From positions 1-64,000 of IMG/VR virus record IMGVR_UViG_3300031841_005609: a stretch of DNA of 64,000 nucleotides; one strand, written 5' to 3'. This document shows, piece after piece, positions 58,175 to 64,000 of the stretch. The position numbers and the translations under genes are program-made. Within the stretch, counting starts at the first letter, position 1; each line of letters begins with the position of its first letter. The notes under the pieces were generated by a model. The model was not told the DNA's origin, did no database searches, and saw nothing but the letters and a program-made list of their open reading frames with translations. This DNA is from a virus.

Positions 58175-58530
58175 TGGGACATTGGGTAGGACCAGGTATC
58201 GGAGATGTGGGATCTTATCAGGTCTCAGGAACTCCTTTTGTTTTTAATGCAACACAGAATCAGACCAAAACAGCAACTTTAGACTATGTGACGTCAGAGA
58301 TACAAGTCAATGTAGTTGGCACTGGTAACACAATATCTTTTGGAGATGCCGATACAACTACGTACACTTTACCTGCAGGTCTTTCTACCTTTCGTGTTAG
58401 GTGTAAGTCAATTCAAGTTATAGTTGCTAACACTTTGAACAACACAGTTTCTGTTTGTGCTTCTCTAACAGGCATCGAAGCAAAACACCTTGACCAGCAT
58501 GATCAGGACGATTACGGAACAGTCGCGTAA
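58174..58530 (+). CDS. Small beta-rich virion protein (possible head decoration)
   Basis: GIGDVGSYQVSGTPF; located in the head module. Confidence 0.5.
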   Translation: MGHWVGPGIGDVGSYQVSGTPFVFNATQNQTKTATLDYVTSEIQVNVVGTGNTISFGDADTTTYTLPAGLSTFRVRCKSIQVIVANTLNNTVSVCASLTGIEAKHLDQHDQDDYGTVA

Positions 58531-58539
58531 GGATAGAAA

Positions 58540-58968
58540 ATGGCTAAGTTAACCAAAACTGCACTTAAGTCTCTTGTGAAGGAATGTTTGGTCGAGATTC
58601 TCGCTGAAGGAATCGGGTCAACAGCAACTTTGCAAGAAGGTGTGAAAAAATCATCTGTAAGCGTTGAAGCAAGAAGACGAGCAGAAGAGAAAAGATTGGA
58701 ACAACATCGGAAAAAATTTGAAGTAAAAGTTGACAACACTGTCTCCGACCTAACAGATGATCCGATCATGCAGTCTATTTTTGCTGAGACAGCTAAAACC
58801 ACACTCCAAGAGCAGATGCAGCACGATTCAAGACCGGGAGCCACCACAGCTCAGCCAACCCCGGAAATGATGTCTGGCAAAGCATCAGGGATAGATCTTG
58901 GTAATATATTTGACGGAGCTTCTTCAAATTGGTCTGAGCTTGCTTTCGCAGAAAAGAAAGCTCGATAA
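58540..58968 (+). CDS. Small head/prohead protein with L-x-E sites
   Basis: MAKLTKTALKSLVKECLVEILAEG; AAGGA SD. Confidence 0.55.
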   Translation: MAKLTKTALKSLVKECLVEILAEGIGSTATLQEGVKKSSVSVEARRRAEEKRLEQHRKKFEVKVDNTVSDLTDDPIMQSIFAETAKTTLQEQMQHDSRPGATTAQPTPEMMSGKASGIDLGNIFDGASSNWSELAFAEKKAR

Positions 58969-58980
58969 CTGAGTTAACGA

Positions 58981-59010
58981 ATACCTATAGAATAGAGAGG
59001 CATCTCTCTA
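58981..59010 (+). promoter_or_regulatory. Putative late promoter variant ATACCTA plus 5' hairpin
   Basis: ATACCTA at 58981-58987; perfect 7-bp stem TAGAGAG-GCAT-CTCTCTA at 58993-59010; followed by an AGGAG SD. Confidence 0.45.
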
Positions 59011-59030
59011 AAAGTCTAGGAGAAAACAAG

Positions 59031-59318
59031 ATGGCAAAAAGAGTAAGAAAGCTCACAGCGGAATCCCTCAGAAGAATGATTCAGCAAGAAGCTCGTAAGC
59101 TTCAAAAAGAATCATCAGATCCTTTCGCTGCCGGAGTTGAGAAAATAGAAAAGGTTTCAGCAGAAGAAGTTGATGCTGATGAGATCGCTGGATCTCTTGA
59201 AAAAGATATCGATTATGTCAAGGCTCTTAAGATTCATGAGAAAAGATTGACCGATAAGCTTAAGAAGATTCAAGAAGCTAAAAACCTTCTTTCAAAAAGA
59301 ATTTCTAAAAACATATAA
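59031..59318 (+). CDS. Small head/prohead coiled-coil protein
   Basis: KLTAESLRRMIQQEARKLQKE; strong SD. Confidence 0.55.
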   Translation: MAKRVRKLTAESLRRMIQQEARKLQKESSDPFAAGVEKIEKVSAEEVDADEIAGSLEKDIDYVKALKIHEKRLTDKLKKIQEAKNLLSKRISKNI

Positions 59319-59334
59319 GTTCGAGGAGTAGAAA

Positions 59335-59808
59335 ATGCCAACACACAAGCAAGGAACAGTAAGCCCACCGATAACTGAAAGAGGTTTGGGAAAAGCCGGC
59401 TCAAACGATCACTCTGCGATGTTCGGCACTAGTCCAATTCACTCCGGTGAAATGACTCCTGAATCAATAGCTCAGCAATACCAGCAAGAGATTCTGGACG
59501 GCACAATTAATGACGGCGGTCACACTTTCGGAACCTATGATCCAAATTATCCAGATGCTCCTAACATGGATGATGTTGAGACAGGCGGAGGAGGTCTTCC
59601 GGCCAGCCCATACGTTCCAAACCCTGTGTCCCCCGGGGAGGGATCTGTCGATCCTTCTGATCAAGCTGAGGCTCCTGACGGTTTCGGTGAAACTCCAAGC
59701 GCCACACCCTTCGTAGGTGTAGGATCTCAGCTCTCACCAAAAGCATCTTCAGAGGCTATTGCAAGACAGACTCTTGGAGACTACGGCTTAGGCAAGAGCT
59801 CCAACTAA
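59335..59808 (+). CDS. Pro/Gly/Ser-rich head-module protein (paralogue A)
   Basis: GAGGAG SD; similar to the next ORF. Confidence 0.6.
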   Translation: MPTHKQGTVSPPITERGLGKAGSNDHSAMFGTSPIHSGEMTPESIAQQYQQEILDGTINDGGHTFGTYDPNYPDAPNMDDVETGGGGLPASPYVPNPVSPGEGSVDPSDQAEAPDGFGETPSATPFVGVGSQLSPKASSEAIARQTLGDYGLGKSSN

Positions 59809-59819
59809 AAGAGAGATAA

Positions 59820-60323
59820 ATGCCCACAGGAAACCAAAACGTTCTTGAGAATGAATTTCCAAACTACGGAAAGACTGGCATTCATTCGAGATCAAATCAA
59901 GAACGTTTGGCTTCTGCTTTCCCCGACAGCCCTGTACACGACCCGTCTGTTACTTCTTCAACCATAAGAGAATACTACTTTTATGAAGTTCTCTCCGGAG
60001 AATACGATCCTGACTCTGGTTTTACTCAAAGCAATTACGACTACTCAGAGGCTCCCGAAATTCCTAATACAACGGCTCCTGATGGCGAATCATCTCCCGG
60101 AAATCCAGGGTCTACAATAGTCTCCTCCGGAAAAGGTCCGAATGTAGCTACTCTCAATAGAAACAATTTACAAACCAATACCTCTCCGATGGTTGAGATA
60201 GAAAACGCTTCTGAGCCTCCCTTTTCAGGTCTTGGTTCTGGAGAAGATCCGAGCGAAACATCTTCTAGAATATCTTCACAAAATTTTGTCACGGGCTTAC
60301 CGATGGGCAAATCATCTGAGTAG
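59820..60323 (+). CDS. Pro/Gly/Ser-rich head-module protein (paralogue B)
   Basis: Shares MPT..Q, SP.H, Y..AP, PF.G.GS and GKSS termini with paralogue A. Confidence 0.6.
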   Translation: MPTGNQNVLENEFPNYGKTGIHSRSNQERLASAFPDSPVHDPSVTSSTIREYYFYEVLSGEYDPDSGFTQSNYDYSEAPEIPNTTAPDGESSPGNPGSTIVSSGKGPNVATLNRNNLQTNTSPMVEIENASEPPFSGLGSGEDPSETSSRISSQNFVTGLPMGKSSE

Positions 60324-60326
60324 CCC

Positions 60327-60914
60327 ATGCCTTCTACGAAAATACCAAAGTCAGTAGGTGAACCTTCTATATCACGGCATGATTCAAGATCAGATCTAGG
60401 GTATGGTAGAATATCAAATAAATTTCACAAGCCCAGAAAAGAGTCTGGAACATTTCCTTACCTAGTAGACCAATACTCAGAAATAGACTGGGAAGACGAA
60501 GAAACTCACGCCGCTATTGAAAAAAAGATTCAGAAGCATCAAAGGTCAGATCCTTTCATGAAGAAGTCAACAAGTCCTTTTTACTTTGCTGCTGGAAATA
60601 CTAAACTTTCTGATTGTTTCCAAAGAACAGAAGAAGTCTTGGAAGAAATTCACTCTCTTGGAGATTCAATGTCCCCGATTCCTCATTTGACAAAAAAGAG
60701 AAGAGAGATGTCAGGTGGCTCCAGTGTCCATTCAGGCGGAATTAGCAGCTCAAGCGCCAAAAGAACCGGTTCTGAAAAGGGATATGCGTCAGCTCCTCCT
60801 GATATAAAATATGACAAAAATGACAACGATCATAACGAAGTAATATTTAATCTAGAAGACCTCGTCAAAAAATTGCAATTAAAGACTGGGAATTTTAGGT
60901 ACCGAAAAACATAG
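60327..60914 (+). CDS. Hypothetical head-module protein
   Basis: Co-directional ORF packed between the paralogues and the scaffold. Confidence 0.5.
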   Translation: MPSTKIPKSVGEPSISRHDSRSDLGYGRISNKFHKPRKESGTFPYLVDQYSEIDWEDEETHAAIEKKIQKHQRSDPFMKKSTSPFYFAAGNTKLSDCFQRTEEVLEEIHSLGDSMSPIPHLTKKRREMSGGSSVHSGGISSSSAKRTGSEKGYASAPPDIKYDKNDNDHNEVIFNLEDLVKKLQLKTGNFRYRKT

Positions 60915-60917
60915 TTA
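60911..60917 (+). promoter_or_regulatory. Putative late promoter motif ATAGTTA
   Basis: Directly upstream of the AAGGTG SD and the scaffold start. Confidence 0.4.
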
Positions 60918-60939
60918 ACGACAGACAAGGTGATCATAG

Positions 60940-62544
60940 ATGAGCAAAACGTTGTTTGAAGAGGCGGTCGCAGACGCCAATAAACTTAGAGAGCTAGCTG
61001 AAGAAACCGCTAAAAATAAAGTGGTCGAAGCAGTCATGCCTCAAATTAGAGACATGATAAATAAAAAGATCTTAGGTGAAGACCTCGACGTTGAGCAAGA
61101 TATCGATGATCTAGATCTTTCTCTAGAGCCTGAGCCTGAAGCAGATGCTTCTGAGCCTGTAAAGGTAGGGTTAGACACTGGGGGCGAAGGATCTGCTGTT
61201 AGCATCAACGTAGATGGTGACGTTGAGATTGATCTCGAAGTAGATGCAGGTGAAAAAGAGGAAGAATTAGTTATGGATCAAGCCATGGCTGAAGCTTTGA
61301 CTCGTCTCATTAGAGGTGAGGCCTCTGAAAAGTCCGAACTGGAAGTTAAAATTGACAAACTTTCCGAAAACGTAAACAAACTTGCAAGCGTTTTAAAAAT
61401 AGTTAAAAGATCAGATTTAAATGAAAGTCAAGTTAGCAGACTTAAAATAAGCTATCTTTATTGTCTTAGAGAGGCGATAAAATTAAAATCAGGGATAATA
61501 CTTACAGAAGATACGACTCAAGAGAGGCTTGAGCGAAGACTGACAGAAACAATTAAGGAGATAAGGAACATGTCGAAGTCAAATCGTCGCAATATTTTCG
61601 ACTTCCTCTTCGAAGGTGAAGATGAGAAGAAGAAAATGGAGGAACTCGAAGAGGCCGAGCTTTCCCTTGAGCTTTCGGCCGATGAACAAGAAGAGCTCGC
61701 AGATGCAGAGGATGCAGATGCAGTTGGTGATGCCTTAGAAGATATCTTAGGGGATATTGAACTTTCTTTAGGTGGTGGCGAAGAAGAAGCTGCTGAAGAA
61801 GAAGAAGGCGAAGAAGAAGGTGAAGAAGAAGCTGAAGACGAGGAAGTCGAAGTAGCTGAAGACGAAGACCTTGAGGAAGCCGATCACATGGAAGGCGCTT
61901 ACATGGATGAGGGCGAAGACATGGATGAAGTTTACGAAATAGACGAGAACATGTTGAGAGCTGAGCTTTCTAAGATGCTCAACGAAGACGATGCAGTTGA
62001 TGCTGATCCTGCACTCGCTCACGGTGGCGAAGAAATAGGCGATGTTCTTCTTGATGTTTCCGAAGACGATTTGATTAACGCTCTTGCTGATGAGCTTGGG
62101 TCTGTTGCTGATAACGGAGCTGCAGCACCTGCAGTTGCAGAAGGTAGACAGATGAGAAAGCTTCGAAGAGCTCTTAAGGAATCTCAAAATCAGAACGCTC
62201 AGTACAAGAGAGCAGTAACAGAGCTTAAGGGGCAACTTGTTGAAATGAATCTTTTCAACGCAAAGCTTCTTTATGCCAACAAGCTGATGCAGAATAAGGA
62301 CCTTTCAATGAAGCAGCAAAAGGCTATCGTTGAGGCACTTGATAACGCACAGACACTTCGAGAGGCGAAGCTTCTTTTCAAGAGCTTGACTGAATCTCTC
62401 AACAGAAGATCTAAGAAGACTATGAACGAAGGTTCTTTGCGAACAAGCGGTTCATCTTCTAGAACTACTCGATCTTCTGCACCTAAGAACACTAACAATG
62501 CCGAAGCGGATCGATGGGCGATCCTCGCTGGCTTAGCTAAATAA
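60940..62544 (+). CDS. Prohead scaffold/core protein (T4 gp22-like position)
   Basis: Immediately upstream of the MCP; LFEEAVADA N-terminus, very acidic middle, EMNLFNAKLLYANKL coiled coil, and C-terminal DRWAILAGL. Confidence 0.8.
   Translation: MSKTLFEEAVADANKLRELAEETAKNKVVEAVMPQIRDMINKKILGEDLDVEQDIDDLDLSLEPEPEADASEPVKVGLDTGGEGSAVSINVDGDVEIDLEVDAGEKEEELVMDQAMAEALTRLIRGEASEKSELEVKIDKLSENVNKLASVLKIVKRSDLNESQVSRLKISYLYCLREAIKLKSGIILTEDTTQERLERRLTETIKEIRNMSKSNRRNIFDFLFEGEDEKKKMEELEEAELSLELSADEQEELADAEDADAVGDALEDILGDIELSLGGGEEEAAEEEEGEEEGEEEAEDEEVEVAEDEDLEEADHMEGAYMDEGEDMDEVYEIDENMLRAELSKMLNEDDAVDADPALAHGGEEIGDVLLDVSEDDLINALADELGSVADNGAAAPAVAEGRQMRKLRRALKESQNQNAQYKRAVTELKGQLVEMNLFNAKLLYANKLMQNKDLSMKQQKAIVEALDNAQTLREAKLLFKSLTESLNRRSKKTMNEGSLRTSGSSSRTTRSSAPKNTNNAEADRWAILAGLAK
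61498..61572 (+). promoter_or_regulatory. Internal late motif ATACTTA + SD AAGGAG + in-frame ATG inside the scaffold gene
   Basis: ATACTTA at 61498-61504, AAGGAG at 61555-61560, ATG at 61570 (codon 211, MSKSNRR). Confidence 0.5.
61780..61878 (+). repeat. GAA-rich low-complexity tract encoding poly-Glu
   Basis: Encodes EEEAAEEEEGEEEGEEEAEDEEVEVAEDEDLEE. Confidence 0.8.
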
Positions 62545-62553
62545 GGAGAAAAA

Positions 62554-64000
62554 ATGTCTACATTTTCACTCGAACAGCTGACAGAGGGGATCCGTCAGAG
62601 GCATCTAGGATCTCAGAACCGTGAGCTGACAGAAAAATGGGCGAGAACTGGTCTTCTCAAGGGTCTTGACGGTGTCAAGCGTGAGAACATGGCTCGCCTC
62701 ATGGAGAACCAGGCCGCCCAGGTTCTTAAGGAGCAGTCATCCCTTTCAAACGGCGGTGGTGGTCTTGCCAACAGCGGCGACATGCGTGGTTTCACGAACA
62801 TCGCATTCCCAATTGTTCGTCGCGTATTCGGTGGTTTGATCGCAAATGACCTAGTTTCAATCCAGCCAATGAGCCTTCCGTCCGGACTCTTGTTCTACTT
62901 GGATTACACACGTCCAGGTTTGACAAGCATCCACGAAGACGGAGTGCATGTAATAAGCTCAGGTTCTTCTGCTTACGGAGATCCAGTTGGAAGCTCAGTC
63001 CAGACAGGTGCCGATGGAAAAGGAGGTCTCTACGACCTTGCTGGAAGCGCCTATTCTAGAGTTCACAGTGCCCAAGACGGGATAACCATATCAAACTCAG
63101 GTTCATTCTCAGGCGCCGACGGCGCATGGAGAGATCACCCAGGCGATGATGCAGCCACTCACCATGAAAGAGTAGTTGCGGCCACCGGTTCTGACGGAAA
63201 GGCGATCCAGTTTGATCCCCAGCTTACTAGCTTGATTGAAGCAAGAACGCACGCTTTTGACATTAAGTTTATCTCTCTTGCGACGGGTTACACAAATGCA
63301 GACACATCTCTTGTCAAGGAGTGGGGATTGGACGGCGGTACTTGTGGAGCTATCGATAGTGCAATTCAGACAGGGAACAGCAAGAACGTTCGTAGATTAA
63401 ATCAGCTGGTTACCTGGGATGGAACGAATTATGAGCCTGCCCCTCTAGGTGTACCTGGAGAAACAGCGAACCTTCACTTGTTGACAGTATGTTCTTCATC
63501 AATTCGTACTGCTCCAGGTCTTGGAAACGCTGCAAACGACACGCCTCCTACGAAACTTACTTTCCCGATCAAAGATTCTCTCACATCAGGAAACGGAAGC
63601 TCAGTTGTTGTTCCTTCTTTCGAGTCGGACTTCGGATCAACTCCATCGCCGGCGATTCCAGAGATCGACATCAAGGTTGAGGCTCTTCCTGTTGTAGCTC
63701 AGTCCAGAAAGCTTCGAGCTCGATGGTCACCAGAGCTCGCTCAGGATCTCAATGCATACCACAGTCTTGATGCAGAAGTAGAGCTCACTCAAATTCTCTC
63801 AGAGCAGATCGCTCTTGAGATCGACAGAGAGGTTCTTAACGATCTTCTCACACAAGCTGGTGCAGCTAACTACTACTGGTCAAGAGCTCCTGGTCGATTC
63901 CTCAACAAGGAGACAGGTGCTGTTCAAGACTCTGGTTTCGCTTCTTTCACAGGAACAGTTCGCGAATGGTATGAGACACTTGTTGAAACCATCATTGATG
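62554..64000 (+). CDS. gp23: Major capsid protein (T4 gp23-like), 3'-truncated by the window end
   Basis: Not in the ORF track. AAGGAG SD and ATG 62554; reads MSTFSLEQLTEG...EKWARTGLL...MARLMENQ...FPIVRRVFGGLIANDLVSIQPMSLPSGLLFYLDY...IPEIDIKV...SRKLRARWSPELAQDLNAYHSLDAEVELTQILSEQIALEIDREVL. Confidence 0.95.
   Translation, partial: MSTFSLEQLTEGIRQRHLGSQNRELTEKWARTGLLKGLDGVKRENMARLMENQAAQVLKEQSSLSNGGGGLANSGDMRGFTNIAFPIVRRVFGGLIANDLVSIQPMSLPSGLLFYLDYTRPGLTSIHEDGVHVISSGSSAYGDPVGSSVQTGADGKGGLYDLAGSAYSRVHSAQDGITISNSGSFSGADGAWRDHPGDDAATHHERVVAATGSDGKAIQFDPQLTSLIEARTHAFDIKFISLATGYTNADTSLVKEWGLDGGTCGAIDSAIQTGNSKNVRRLNQLVTWDGTNYEPAPLGVPGETANLHLLTVCSSSIRTAPGLGNAANDTPPTKLTFPIKDSLTSGNGSSVVVPSFESDFGSTPSPAIPEIDIKVEALPVVAQSRKLRARWSPELAQDLNAYHSLDAEVELTQILSEQIALEIDREVLNDLLTQAGAANYYWSRAPGRFLNKETGAVQDSGFASFTGTVREWYETLVETIID

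Noticed and set aside
1508-63680. The many 60-155 aa minus-strand and alternate-frame ORFs in the track
   Set aside because: They lie within or across long, motif-bearing plus-strand genes and show no recognisable motifs; treated as shadow ORFs.
1-64000. Alternative genetic code (stop-codon reassignment)
   Set aside because: Code 11 gives near-complete coding density with intact long genes, and TAA, TAG and TGA all end genes at sensible junctions.
53206-64000. Introns or inteins in terminase, portal or MCP
   Set aside because: The ORFs are continuous with ordinary motif spacing; no intein splice motifs or homing endonuclease were seen.
1-64000. tRNA, rRNA genes or clear rho-independent terminators
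   Set aside because: Intergenic gaps are about 100 nt or less and show no cloverleaf or GC-rich stem followed by a U-tract.

Overview
This 64 kb window is a segment of a large tailed dsDNA phage genome with a T4-type head and a myovirus-type baseplate. Genes are densely packed, all on the + strand, and use the standard genetic code. From left to right: (1) 1-9.7 kb, a glycan synthesis and decoration cluster (partial DUF579/GXM-like O-methyltransferase, GDPD-like protein, SAM methyltransferase, sulfotransferase, ParB/Srx-fold protein, Maf/GT42-like transferase, short UDP-sugar dehydrogenase, two SDR epimerases, two GT4 glycosyltransferases), interrupted by a Cas4/RecB-like nuclease; (2) a gp55-like late sigma factor; (3) about 37 kb of baseplate, tail and fibre genes (spike/hub, gp25, gp6, several LamG proteins, a 2104-aa modular fibre); (4) RuvC-like resolvase, primase-like protein and a single-chain Mre11-Rad50 (SbcD-SbcC) fusion; (5) terminase, portal, prohead protease, small head proteins, scaffold and a gp23-type major capsid protein that runs off the right end and is missing from the ORF track. 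The most interesting hypothesis is a phage-encoded virion glycosylation and decoration system: a [S/T]-G-S tripeptide recurs in core structural proteins but is nearly absent from the S/G/T-rich fibre. There is also a coherent regulatory pattern: sigma70-type leaderless promoters, an ATANTTA late motif with matching 5' hairpins, and a likely nested scaffold start. All calls come from motif recognition by eye; no database searches were run.
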